This document shows positions 1 to 12,632 of a stretch of DNA of 64,000 bases, piece after piece (position 1 is the stretch's first letter; each line of letters begins with the position of its first letter). Made by a program: the position numbers and the translations under genes. This DNA comes from Harriotta raleighana (lineage: Eukaryota). The notes below the pieces were generated by a model. The model saw nothing but the letters and a program-made list of their open reading frames with translations. It was not told the DNA's origin and did not search any database. The stretch spans positions 2,705,670-2,769,669 of the forward strand of contig JBNZDD010013635.1 of assembly GCA_050575255.1 (NCBI GenBank), written 5' to 3'.

Positions 1-339
1 ATTATATTTATATAGTGCCTTTCATGTCAGGACGATGAGCCAGGACAGGCTAGACTGACACTCCAGTGCAGAACTGGCAGAGTGAAGCATAATCTGAAGT
101 GCTTTTATTATTCTACAAATTCACAAATCAAGACAAACTATATAATGAGAGCTTGTATTTTAGGTTTGGTGGATCTCCCGGTATAAAAACCCATTGGCAT
201 CTTTACCTCACATTGTTCTAAAACATTGGAGAGAGACACAGGGCACACATCTTTAAGCAATGTATATAATTACCTTCTTTTGTGTTATTCTGCAAGAAAG
301 TTTTAAAATACAGCAGTTAATTTATAAAATAATATCAAT

Positions 340-660
340 CAAAATCACATTTCTATTACATTTTCATGTTGGGTGGATGTCCCAAGGCGCTGAACAGTCA
401 AGTAAGGATCAGAGCAGGTGGGGGAGGGGTCGGGGGAAGGAAATTAGGAAAAATTGACTGTATATTTGTGGGCGATACGCGGCAGCCAAATTGGGCACAG
501 CAGTGTCCCACAAACAGTCATGGAAGTGGGGTTAGGGGTGAAAGATGGCAAGGGGAGGGTTTGGGGTAGGGGGAAGGAGAACAGGAAAAACCAACTGTAT
601 ATTTGTGGGCGAAACTCGGCAGCCAAATTGCACACAGCAGTATCCCACAAACAGTTACGG
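340..660 (-). mobile_element. SINE core plus L2-type tail fragments (core duplicated)
   Basis: Reverse complement of the CTGTGC..AATTTGGCTGCCG..CGCCCACAAATATACAGT core (twice) and the GCGCCTTGGGAC..GAAA tail. Confidence 0.65.
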
Positions 661-719
661 AAGTCGGGCCGGGGGAGAAAGGGGGAAAAGAGGGAAAGGG
701 GGGAGATGGTTAGTGCCAG

Positions 720-1266
720 TTACTTTTTCACTTTGATAGATAATGACGTTACTTTTTCTCTTTCTCTTTGATAGATAAAAACAGTTACTTGTTCTCTCTG
801 CCAATTAGTGCCAGTTACTCTCTCGGTCAATAACAGTTATTCTCTCTTTTAATATCAGGGACATTTACTCTCTCTCTTTAATGGTTATTTACTGTTAGTC
901 TCTCTCTTTCTCTCTCAGTCAGTGATAGTTATTCTCCTTCCCTCTCTCATAGTCATTAAGTGTTACTCTCTCTCTCTCTCCAGTATAATGACAGTTACTG
1001 TATTCTCTGTACTCTCTCTGATAGCTACGCCTCTCCATTTTTGACAGTTTCTCTGATAATTATTCATTTTCGCAGTTACTCTCCAACAATTATCCTCTCT
1101 GTTTGACAGTTAATCTCTTTGATAATTACTCTCTTTATTTGACAATTGCCCTCTCTGTTTGACAGTTACTCTCTGATAATCTCTTTGATAATTACTCTCT
1201 TTGTTTGACAATTACCCTCTCTTTTGACATTTACTGTCTCTAACAATAACTCTCTGTTTGACAATT
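720..1266. repeat. Degenerate pyrimidine-rich tandem repeat (unit ~TTTGACAGTTACTCTCT)
   Basis: Many recurrences of (GACA)GTTACTCTCT / TTTGACAATTA. Confidence 0.6.
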
Positions 1267-1276
1267 ATAATCCTTG

Positions 1277-1412
1277 CAAAAACGTAAAATACTGCAGATG
1301 CTGGAAATCTGAAACAAAAACAGAAGTTGCTGGGAAACTCAGCAGGCCAGGCAGCATCTATGGAGAAAGGAAAAGTGCATCAACGTTTCGGGTCCACGAC
1401 CCTTTGTCAGAC
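1277..1412 (-). mobile_element. Single arm of the Penelope-like terminal repeat
   Basis: Near-identical to the arms at 12633-12854. Confidence 0.65.
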
Positions 1413-1419
1413 ATTGTCG

Positions 1420-1621
1420 AAGTGTGGCAGCCAATTGCGCGCAGCAGACGTGATAAACAGCCGTGGATTGAGTGACCAAATTATTATTGAGTTTTTTTTT
1501 CTTGAGCAATTATTATCAGGTGTGTGGACGAAGGAAACTTGTCCACAGTTTTGCCCAGACCTATCAGGAATCGAACCCAGATCTCCAAGGCGAACGCTCT
1601 AATCACCGAGCCACAGGACTG
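1420..1621 (-). mobile_element. tRNA-derived SINE (partial)
   Basis: Reverse-complement A box (GGCTCGGTG) and B box (GGTTCGATTCC) plus the SINE core. Confidence 0.7.
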
Positions 1622-1809
1622 GGTACATATCTAATTACACGAGGCAACAAGATATCGGTGTCGGAGGTGATGCTCAAAACAAAAAAAATATACATTTCAA
1701 AGTTAAAGCATCAAATTGACCTTTTTGGTCCATTTCATGTCTCCAGATGAAATAGACCCAAACGCTCTGAGCCACTCACACACGGATTCCGCTTCTCTCC
1801 TGCCGTCTC

Positions 1810-2010
1810 GGCCAATCAGATACAAGGGCAGGTAAAATGAGTAAAGTCTCAGCCAATCAGCACCATACAGACATGATTTACAACCAATCCGTGATGAGAG
1901 AACAACTGAGCTCCCAGGTCATAGCCAATCAGAGAGGGGAGAGGCGGGCCTTGATTACAGCCAATCAGGGAGAAAGGGGCGGGGCACTGGGAGCTGAGGA
2001 AGATGGCGCC
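1810..2010 (+). promoter_or_regulatory. Putative FARP2 core promoter: five CCAAT (NF-Y) boxes, GC box, YY1-like motif
   Basis: CCAATC at 1812, 1853, 1884, 1925 and 1961; GGGGCGGGG at 1976-1984; AAGATGGCG at 2000-2008; local CpG enrichment; lies upstream of the first coding exon. Confidence 0.7.
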
Positions 2011-2053
2011 GATGGAATGCGTGGAGAGAGCGCGAGACTGAGGGCAACGGCAG
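1990..2053 (+). other. FARP2: Putative non-coding exon 1 of FARP2 (start approximate)
   Basis: CAG|GTACAG donor at 2053/2054 immediately after the promoter; TSS not determinable; an N gap follows. Confidence 0.5.
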
Positions 2054-2837
2054 GTACAGGGGGGGGGGGGGGGGGGGGGGAANNNNNNNNNNNNNNNNNN
2101 NNNNNNNNNNNNNNNNNNNNNNNNNNNNNNNNNNNNNNNNNNNNNNNNNNNNNNNNNNNNNNNNNNNNNNNNNNNNNNNNNNNNNNNNNNNNNNNNNNNN
2201 NNNNNNNNNNNNNNNNNNNNNNNNNNNNNNNNNNNNNNNNNNNNNNNNNNNNNNNNNNNNNNNNNNNNNNNNNNNNNNNNNNNNNNNNNNNNNNNNNNNN
2301 NNNNNNNNNNNNNNNNNNNNNNNNNNNNNNNNNNNNNNNNNNNNNNNNNNNNNNNNNNNNNNNNNNNNNNNNNNNNNNNNNNNNNNNNNNNNNNNNNNNN
2401 NNNNNNNNNNNNNNNNNNNNNNNNNNNNNNNNNNNNNNNNNNNNNNNNNNNNNNNNNNNNNNNNNNNNNNNNNNNNNNNNNNNNNNNNNNNNNNNNNNNN
2501 NNNNNNNNNNNNNNNNNNNNNNNNNNNNNNNNNNNNNNNNNNNNNNNNNNNNNNNNNNNNNNNNNNNNNNNNNNNNNNNNNNNNNNNNNNNNNNNNNNNN
2601 NNNNNNNNNNNNNNNNNNNNNNNNNNNNNNNNNNNNNNNNNNNNNNNNNNNNNNNNNNNNNNNNNNNNNNNNNNNNNNNNNNNNNNNNNNNNNNNNNNNN
2701 NNNNNNNNNNNNNNNNNNNNNNNNNNNNNNNNNNNNNNNNNNNNNNNNNNNNNNNNNNNNNNNNNNNNNNNNNNNNNNNNNNNNNNNNNNNNNNNNNNNN
2801 NNNNNNNNNNNNNNNNNNNNNNNNNNNNNNNNNNNNN

Positions 2838-3170
2838 GGGAGCCTGGGGTGAGCGGGGAGGGGGAGCCTGGGGTGAGCGGGGAGGGGGAGCCTGGGGTGA
2901 GCGGGGAGAGCCGCTAGTGGGTGAAGGGAAAGGGGGACTGGGAGGGGAGATTGGCGAGAGGAGGAATGAGGGAGAGGAGGAGTGGGGGGGGGGAGGAGTG
3001 GGGGGGGGGAGAGAGCAGGAGTGGGTGGGGGGAGAGGAAGGAGGAGGGGAGGGGGGAGAGGAGGAGTGAGGGGGGAGAGGAGGAGTGAGGGGGGAGAGGA
3101 GGAGAAAGGGGAAGAGGAGTGAGGGGGAAGAGGAGTGAGGGGGGAGTGAGAGGGAGAGTGAGGGCAGGGT
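2838..3170. repeat. G/A-rich low-complexity tract including a 24-bp tandem (GGGGAGCCTGGGGTGAGCGGGGAG x3); G4-prone
   Basis: Directly visible repeats flanking the N gap. Confidence 0.8.
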
Positions 3171-4876
3171 GTGATGGGATCAGAGAGCCCCTGTATAGAT
3201 GCCGGGAGGACAGTGTTATTGGGGAGTTCGGGTTCTCATCCTGGAGAGGGAGAGGGAGAGGGAGGGAAATATAGCTTAGAGCCAGGGTCTTGTAGAAGTC
3301 GGGTTGATGACATGCAGAGAGCTTGGGATCTTTCAGGCTGGTACTTGTTGACGGGGTGGGGGTCTCTTGCGGCTGATAGGGAGGAGAAGAGAGGAGTGGG
3401 CTTGATGCCGGATGGGCCAAGTGTTGTCTTTCAAACCGCTTGTTGATGGCAGAAGCGAACAAGAGGTGGAGGTCATGAGTGAGGGCAAGGGTGTCTCTGG
3501 CCCGTTGATGGAATCGCCTCCACAATGGGACAAGAGCCCCCACCCCGAATTGGCTAACCCCAAACTTGTCTTTGTAGAACTCATCAGCGTTTGTCACATT
3601 TTCTTTAAAAAAAACATAAAATAATAATAATCATTCCATTGGTATATAGTGCCTTATCATGTCTTCTAGACGCCTTGAAGCGCTTAACAGAGTACACTGT
3701 AAAGTGCGTGCATTGACTGCATTTGTGGACCAGCGCCTTGGGACGTCCTCCTGACGTGAAACGCGCTCTATAAGTGTAATTTTGTTGTTGTTGTGGACGA
3801 AAAGCATCCTATGAATGACCACAAAATGGGGGAAGATAATAAACCTGACACTGTTTACAGAGTGTATGTGTGTAACTTTCATCCTTTAAATGGACTTTCT
3901 TCAATCTAAAACCTTAATAAAGCAAAGTGATGCCAATTTTTTTTTAAATTGATGGAGACGTACTTTGCTCTAAAGGAATTTTTTTGAAAAAAACATCATC
4001 TTTCATTTACTGGTGTCAAGTTCTGGACTAATGCTTTTGACATTGCTGTTGCTCTTGTATAATAGGTTACATTTGACACTTTTGGTTGAGTCAACGGTTG
4101 AATGAATTTCATTGTTGGTAGTAGTTTCCCTGGCATATCCTGAGCCAGTAGAATAAACACTACTGGTAGCTTTCAACTATATATTTTCTGTCCTAAACAT
4201 CATCTTTGCAGATCGTCAATTCGTGTGACAATGAGGGTTTGGTGGGCAGAAGCTAAATAAAGTTGTCATTTGCCAACTTTGAAACTATATGTGAACAAAT
4301 ATGTAAATGCACAGTTTCTGTGTTGCCTGTGGTGTTGTGGAATTTGAAATGTAAATGAATTGAATTCTGCGGCCTTGTCAACCTGGGATACTGCACAATG
4401 GCTTTCAAGTTGAAGAGGCTGTGGAGTATACCAGATTTATCTGGCATAATTCAGCCCGTCAGCTTGAAAATTCCTGTTCATAAACACACTAATTTGGGTT
4501 TTGAAGAAAGGAAGCCTCAGTAGATAAAGATTTTACTTTTGGTTGAGGTGCACAAAAATATTACTTTACTGTTTTGAAAGTTATTGTTGAAGACTGGCTG
4601 TAGAATCTCACTCATTGTAGAATCTGAAGATTTGGCTACTGAGGGGGCAGGAGACACTTAGCAGACACAGATATCCTGAGTTTGGTGAATGTGAGACTGC
4701 AAGCTGCAGGGTATGGGATAAGTTGGGAGCATATGGATGGTGAACTAGAGAAAACAGTGAATTACAAAAGTCTAAGCAACACATGTGAGCAAATGTTTGA
4801 ATGGCATTCAACAACAACAAAATTACATTTGCATAGCTAGCTCCTTTCACGTTGGGAGGACGTCACAAGGCACTGA

Positions 4877-5152
4877 ATTATAATCCTTACATTTTGATAG
4901 AGCGCTTTTTACATCTTCTAGGTGTCTCGGAATATACTGTAAAGTGAATTGACTGTACATCTGTATATGGATGAAACATAGCAGCTGATTGCGCATAGTA
5001 GTAGCCCACAAATAGTCGTGGATTGAAAAGAGGGATTATTATCATGCGTGTGGATTAAGAAAATTTGCCCAAGGTTTCACATTGCCTGGAATCTAACCCA
5101 GGTCTCTTGTTTGTAAGGAAAGTGTTTTAACTACTGAGCTACAGGACTCCAC
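4877..5152 (-). mobile_element. tRNA-derived SINE, near full length
   Basis: Reverse complement of the 51452-51762 element. Confidence 0.8.
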
Positions 5153-6816
5153 AGTGTGAGTTAGGGATGGTATTGGGAATCTGGAGAAATTGGGTTGAAA
5201 ACTCATTTCATTAAACTTACCAGGCTTTTAAAACGGGTAACTGATGTTTTCGCTGGCTTTAGTTTTGTTATGGAGCTGCTGTATTTTCTTTTCGACTTTT
5301 CAGAAATAGAGTTTTAGAATTAGACGGATCGTATAATTTTAAATTATTAGTCATTGGAACTCCAGGGAGGATTATCTGATTATTCCAGCGGCCGTTGAAG
5401 CCGACTCAATTGAGAAATTTTAAAATGGAATTAAACATGTGAATTGTAAATGTATGAAGGGGAATTGTGAAGAGCAAAGAAATTGAATTCATGTCAGTAA
5501 GTTCCGGGAGCTGGTATGCCACAGGCATATTGGCTTCTTTCTGTGCTGAAGTTTCTGTGTAAAGCAGGGGGACTTTTGTACTATTTATATTATTGCTCTG
5601 GTGTCGGTGCTAGATTATGAAGCAGGCAGTTTTGTTGCCTCCGGAAGTAGTTATCACTATCTCCTGAGGCAATCCAGGCTTGTGATGTCAATAGCATGTC
5701 TGGTCTTTGATCATGTGTACACATAGTACTGTAATAGTCTTACCTATGAGGGAGAGAGTTGGAGTGAGAGATCACATTTATCAGGCTGATGCTGAATATT
5801 TTAAATTCCAGTTCCAGCTGTTTTCCGATGTACCATAGGCAGATTTCTGCCTCAAACTGCTGGGGGAAGGGAGAGATGAGCAGACTAAAATGAGTGTGTG
5901 TGTGTGTGTGTGTATCTGGAGTGTTGCATGGATGTGGGTGGGGGCTTAAAGAAGTGCAAAGTTATCTGGAATTCTGGGATGAAGGGTTGAAATAACATAA
6001 TGAGCTCAATGTGAGATTTCCACACTACTGTATTCAACATGCTGAACAGCCTCATTACCAGGCTGTGTGAATAAGCGTTTACTTTGTCTTGATTGTTAAA
6101 AAAAAAGAGCTCTTCAAAGGAATTGTAAATCGGTATGAAATCTAATGCATTTAGTGCCAGACAGCATGTGGTGTGTGCTTGTTGGAGTTTTTACTGTTCA
6201 TTGTGAGTTGATGATTATTGAAGCTTTATTTATTTGGGTTTTGGACTTTGCACTGAGCGAATTGAAAATTTGATTGGATCCCAGTCTGATGACAGAGCTT
6301 CTCGTTTCTCTTAACTGCTGAGTTACGGTACTGATGTTTACTGCACTTTCTTTTATATTTCAGCACTTTAATGCTTGATGTGTGGCAGTGTATGATTATA
6401 GTCCCTTCACTCAGTACACTTTTTGCTGACAGCTTTTATATTCTGGCACTGGAATGCATGGTGTGCTGTCGTGTGTGATTGTAGGAACATGGATAGTATT
6501 GTATAAGGAACATAAGTGGCTTGAATTGGATATCAGGCTCTTGACAAAACAATAATGGGAACCTTATCTAAATGATTGCTGACTCGATGTGGGTTAAATA
6601 GACTTTACTGTAAGCTTTTGGCTTCTTCACACAGGAGTCCCTAGGCTGTGTGCAGTGAAACGTAGTACAGGATGTTGGTATTACACTACGTGGATTTGTG
6701 GCTGTGATTCCTCCACACACTGTGTTTTGATATTGGCTGCTTGTATTCTGAACAAATCTGTTAGCGAGTTCCTTTCCTGATTGCTAACCCCTCATCCCTC
6801 CCCGGCCTGTTTCCAG

Positions 6817-6853
6817 TTGTACTGAGTGGTCTTGCTCAGAAAAAAGAAGAGAG
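6817..6853 (+). other. Candidate 37-nt 5'UTR cassette exon
   Basis: Branch point GCTAAC (6783), pyrimidine tract, CCAG acceptor, GAG|GTAAGT consensus donor. Confidence 0.4.
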
Positions 6854-9799
6854 GTAAGTGAGTAGCAAAAAGTAAACTACAGGAGTTAAGGAGAAAAGAA
6901 GAGAGGAATGTCTAAGCTCAAGTACCAAGAAAGATGTAGAAAAAGTAAACTGAATTGTTATGCTACTCTTTGTATTTGCTTGCAGATTGTCAAAGTACAT
7001 TTATATATCCGAGTGTCTCTTCCCTCTTCTCTAAGACAAGAATTAGGATAGTTTTGCATATTAAGAATGTTGAATTTAGAGATTTATTTATAAGTACAAT
7101 CAGCAGATAGTGTCACAAGAGAGAATGGGTTTGAGATGGCACTTTCAGGGAGGGATCTGAGCTCAATCTGTTCCACTGTGGCTTGGTATTGAAGTGGTTT
7201 GGTACAGGACCCACTGTTTTTGTGGTCAACCACAGGAGCCCAACCCTAGTTTCTATGGCCAACCGAACAATTTGGGTTGTCATTTGGATTATGTAAATGT
7301 TAGAATACTGTAGTTTTACAGTATTTTTAACTTCTGTTTCTACCTTGTACTTTGGCTTTTTGAATGTTGATATGTCTCATGCACTGTGTTGAGCAGCATA
7401 AAGTTTTATTTACTTTGTGCTAATTTTACCATATTGAGGACTTAAATACTCTAGTCTTGTGCAATATAAAAGCCTCATTTAAAAAATATTTACAGTATTT
7501 GAAAGATCCTTCAATTGCAACTTGGCCAATTATGTAAGTGGCTTCACAAGTATTTTTGTATAGAATTTCTGGAATTCAATCACCTTGTATATAGATTACA
7601 AAAAACTGATGTCTGGGTTGTAGCATCTTTCCTCGGGACAAGTAGAACAAACATCTGTAGTAGAAATTGGGCAAGAGGAAGCATGTGTTTAGGCATTCCC
7701 CTTAGTTTTGTGCTTCATGTTTGTCGTAAGCCTATCCATGACCACTCCACCATATACTCTCCACCCTGTTAATTTCTGCCAAGTTCAAAGATCTTGTACT
7801 CCCATCCTAACCCCTATGTTAGTTGATCAGCTCTAACTATTCCTGCATCCTTTGATCCGCTTTCCCAAGTGTCATTTGACCCAGAATTAATAACTTTTCC
7901 TAGAAGTCTGTTCTGCGTGTCTACCACATTGTGATTTGTGGCAGGCCCAGGAGTTTTCCTTTCTTGGTCTGTAATATAGATCAACTCATAAACCATTCTC
8001 CTTAAAGCAGATTGTGGTTGTACAGCTTCAGAGCATGTAAAAGTTTCTCAAATTGCTCTGTCTCTTACTTCTAAGTGCAGTAAAATTGCTCCTCATTTTG
8101 CTGAGTTCAGTAACTGCAATGCTTGTTAGGCTTGTTTGCAAAATCAATGTTGGTGTCATTTGAAATGATGACCAGCAGACAGGAGCACTCAGCTGGCACA
8201 GCTTTAATCAAGCCACGAATGCCCTCTTCCCCGTGCTCCTGGTGTAAAGGATACTGTTGAGTGTTGTGCTGTAACATGAAAGGAGTTCAGGGTTGCACCA
8301 AAATGAACTTGTTGCAATTTTCATTTTCAAGAATTTTGTAGAATGAAATGACAATCTGTAACTTTCTGCTTTATGTTCACTGTGTAACCTTTTATTGCCA
8401 GATTTTCTGCAAGTTGAGTTTTAAGAGTCAGCGCAGATTAATGTGTGTCCTCCGCCCCCCCTGCGTTTTCAGCTGCATTGGATCATAATGGGCTGCGCAA
8501 CATTATATTTGTGTGGTGTGCATTGCACTTTAATTTGGCAAAAAATATTTCAACACTTAACAGGAATAGACTGTACTGAGTTACTTACATTCACCAGCTT
8601 TGGCTTGGCAGAGGTTATTGGAATGCTGACAGAATTGCAGAAATATCATTTTCTACTTGCCAGTAAACATGTTTTTTTTCTGTGCTGATACTGCAACCTC
8701 TTTGATAGGCATTTCATTTGACTCTATTTAGCAAATTCTTGGAGCCAGCTAATATGGGTTCTGGCAGTGGGCAGAGATGGAACCTTGACCTTGTCTGAAT
8801 GACTAGTTTCTGCACCAGACAAATAGATTTAATGCTAGAAGAGTATTGTCAATGGAATTCAAGCTTCATGCCTGTGAGTTGGTTGGCCCTTTGTCACATA
8901 AACTTTTTGTTTCATCAAACAAATCTTGTGCTTTTATCATTTTCAATCAAAACATCCTTTTTATTTAAAATTAACTATGCAAGAATCGAAATTTAAACTT
9001 TCCACTACTGATTAACTGACTGATTGTCCCCGTTTTCACCTCCTCCACAAAGATAGTCTGAATACTTGGTCAGGATACTAGGATTTAACCTGCTGCGAGC
9101 AGATCCTTCCACTTATTCCTTTGTAAGAAATAAATGAATGTAATGAAACTGTTCCTCAATGTGGTCTGGTGATGATGCGCATATGGTAACCAGAGATGGC
9201 TGTTTCGCCATATAGTGGATCAATTTGATTCTAATTTCACAAGGCTATTTTTACGTGTTTTCTAGTTATTATTCATCTCACGGACAGAGAGAGAATTTTT
9301 TTTTTAATAATTATGCCTTTACTAAAGCTTTCAATGATATGAACTCTATCACAAATCTCAGCATTGTTTAAAATGCAGTTATTCATGTGTTGTCTTGGGA
9401 AGTAAGCCTTTGAAACTGTGCTAACAGACCAGGAATACCCCAGTCCTGAACCCTGATTTAGCTAATTTTAGCTGATGAATGGAAGCAACAGTTGGTGTTG
9501 GAACCCCTTTGGCTTAAGAGAGAAAAACATAACTTGGGTTCCTACTGTTTAGTGGTTCCCTTGTTGAAATGTGTGAGCGGAATTCGAGCAGTCTGAACTG
9601 TATTTGAACAACCTGTAAAACACTTAAGCTGACACCTGACTGACTACTTGGATGAGGTGGCAGAGAATATCGTCCTATACCTGTAGGATTGCACTCAGAA
9701 GGGGTTGTGGGAGAGGGAAGTGTCATAAATTCCTTTCATAATTCACGGTTCTTTTTTCTTTTTGTTAGGTAGAGTACATCCATTGCCTGCTGGCAAGCA

Positions 9800-10006
9800 A
9801 TGGAGGAGGAAGTGGAAGGAACCTATCGGCTGCTGCAGACTCCTGGAGCTCGACTTGGAGCCCAGACAAAACCAGGGGTCAGCACGTTGGAGCCCCAACA
9901 GAGTTTATCCTCAGCCATGGCTGTGGCCTCACCTAAACTCCGGGGGAGAAGGATCCAGATCACAGTACGCTTCTTGGATAACACAGAGGAACAGTTTGAA
10001 GTAGAG
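9800..10006 (+). CDS. FARP2: FARP2 first coding exon (MEEEVEGTYRLLQTPGARLGAQ...RFLDNTEEQFEVE); acceptor at 9768/9769
   Basis: ATG at 9800; GAG|GTAAGC donor; start of the FERM N-lobe. Confidence 0.93.
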
Positions 10007-12632
10007 GTAAGCCATTAATGTTTTCACAGATTCATATTATATATTATGCTTTCTTTAAAAAAATGTTAAATGGTCAGTTCTTAGTGCAGTTGAGAAATTT
10101 TGTGGGATCCCTTTTTGATTTTAACTCCACTTACAATAATAGGAATACTTGCATTTGCTATAGCTACTCATCGCGTCTTCAAGACTTCCTGAACCGCTTC
10201 ACAGAATATACTGTAAAGTGTAGTGACTAATAGTTACACCCTTCAAAGGGCATCAAAAGTTGCTTGTTCTCTGGACACGTGACAGAAACCACAACCTGCA
10301 GATGTATGAAAATTCTTTGGAAAAATGTGGACTGGTCATCTCTAGGATTGTGTGGATCTGGGCAGAAATTCTACCTGTGTAATATAGGAGCAGTTAAACT
10401 ATGTCAGCTGACAATGAATGCCACAGTACATTTGATTGAACTTGGCTAAACGCTTGCAAAGAAAATAACTGAATTTGTGTGGAAATGAAAAATGACTAAG
10501 TGAGTATCCTTGTTGAAAAGTATGCACGTTACACTGTCCCGAGATTTAACTGGCTGCAATTTTTCCTTGTATAGACATCCTAAGCAAGCCAGAAACCTTT
10601 GTGTCTTGATTTGCGGTGTGACCTTTGCTCTATTAATCTGTTTCCAATGTTCTGCATTGCTTTTCTGCAACATGCCTCTAAAGTAGCAGCAGCAGCCGTA
10701 AAATTTTAAGTCTTAGTCTTCCACATCAGCAGTTTTTTTCCTCAAATAAAATTGAAGGATTTAACCCAAGCTACACATTTTTAAATTTTCTCTATGCTTT
10801 GTGTATGTAATAGAATGTTCTATTTCTGTTCCAAGCCAAAGACAGCCACAGCTTTTTTTTGACACAGTTATGTGGAAAGTGGGGTTTGAGGTAATTGTTT
10901 GGAAATGAGTCCTTTATACTCCAGAAGCAAGCCTTTCACTGCGCCTTTTTGATATGCTGCTGTTATGTGGATATGATGGTTCTGAAGTGAAATATGCAGA
11001 CTCCCTTGAGCGAGAATCTGATTCCCTGGTTCCAATTTATGATCAGGAGGCTGGTTCCGTTACTAAGCGATCACATTGCATTGTTTTATGTTTGTTTTCC
11101 CTTAATGTTCAACAATACACTGCTTGGTAGCCGCACTAAAGTTTTATTATAGTCCGTCCCTACTTTTAAAAACTCAGCAGCTTGTAGTAATCTGGAAGTT
11201 GTTAAGTGTATCTTGCCTTCAGTCAGCGTTTCCTGCCCTTTTCACCCTGCCTCTATAAGTAAGCCTAACATTTTCAAGGCAGCCTCTGGCTGCTTTCTGG
11301 TTTTCATTTGTTTTTTGACATGGTCAGCCCACAGGTCCAAATTGAATGTTGTTAAAAAATATTCAGCTTCAATTTTTTTTAAGGAAATTGTACTCTAGTT
11401 TTGTGGCAGCCTGGTGTGTAGTGTGGTGTATTTAAGCACTGGGTGTTGAACAAACTGCTTTGCCTTTCGCTCCCCTGGCCTCTCTCCCAACTAGGCCTGA
11501 ATGCTTAACAGGCATTATATATGATTTCCTCTTTTCTGTTAAAAAAAAGTGGTCCTTGAGCCACATTATGTACCAAGTTACACCAAACATCAATTAATCG
11601 ATATAAGAAATACTGTCCTTATAAGCAATGTTTCTCTGTGTGCGAATGCACGAAGCGCTGACAACTCATGTAATGGCCATTTTGAGTAATGCTTCCGGCA
11701 AAACAGAGTTAATGGTGGTTGTCATAATAATAATCCCGATTTGATATAGCGCTTTCAATGTCAACATCTCAAAGCCCTTCAGAGTTTTCTGTCAAGGATT
11801 GTGTATTTGTAGTGCCGTCTTCGCTGTAAACTTGATCTCCCATTCTGTATCTCCGAGTAATCTTAGCAGCAAAGAGGAAATGCATATGGAAACTTAACAG
11901 CCTGCGTTCCTGGTAAGTGCTGTTCAGTTTAGTTAATCTCCATAAAGGAATATCACTTTTTTAAAGAATAAGCACAAATCCATTGGTGGAGTGGTTGTGA
12001 AGTGGAAACGCGTAATGTCTCCTTCAAGGCCAAAGATCATAGACGTTTTCAGTGAAAGCTGGAAAATGTGCTCTTGATATTTCTGTGATTTGCAGTTGTT
12101 TGCTGCTAGAGCTCTCCTAAAGGGGATTTAATGGGAATTCCATGTGTTTTTCGTGTTTATTACTAAGCAAACAGATTTCCCCTTTTCCCAAGTGGCTGAA
12201 CTGCTGTGTTGAGCTGAATGTTCAGTCTTTAGCCTCTTCCCAGCTCTGCTGTCTGCAGTGCCACCATGTACTCTTATCTGAGATGCTTTGGATCTCTCAG
12301 CAGACAGCTTGTAGATTGTCAACACCTGTCACAGCTACAAGCATAACTGAGGGGCCCTTTAGTCCTTAAACACTTTACGTGACTGCCAAGAAATAAATTC
12401 TTAGGTCAAAACTTCTGCCAACTGCCTTTGAAAAATATCCAGCAGCAGGAACAGAATCTCTAGTCTGTTCAATTGTTTATCTGAACTGAAGGCTGTTCAT
12501 TCCTTTTAATGTTTAATCTGTGAATGCTTCCAGTTTGCTTGTTTAGATGGCAGTAGAATAATTGGCATTAAATTTTTGAGAGGAAATACGGCCATTTGTT
12601 TGCTTTTGTTTAAAACAAAGCATGGCTTATTT

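Noticed and set aside
1837-3069. 410-aa ORF and other long ORFs spanning N runs (13326-13944, 17574-18760)
   Set aside because: Their length comes from untranslatable N gaps and G-rich low complexity
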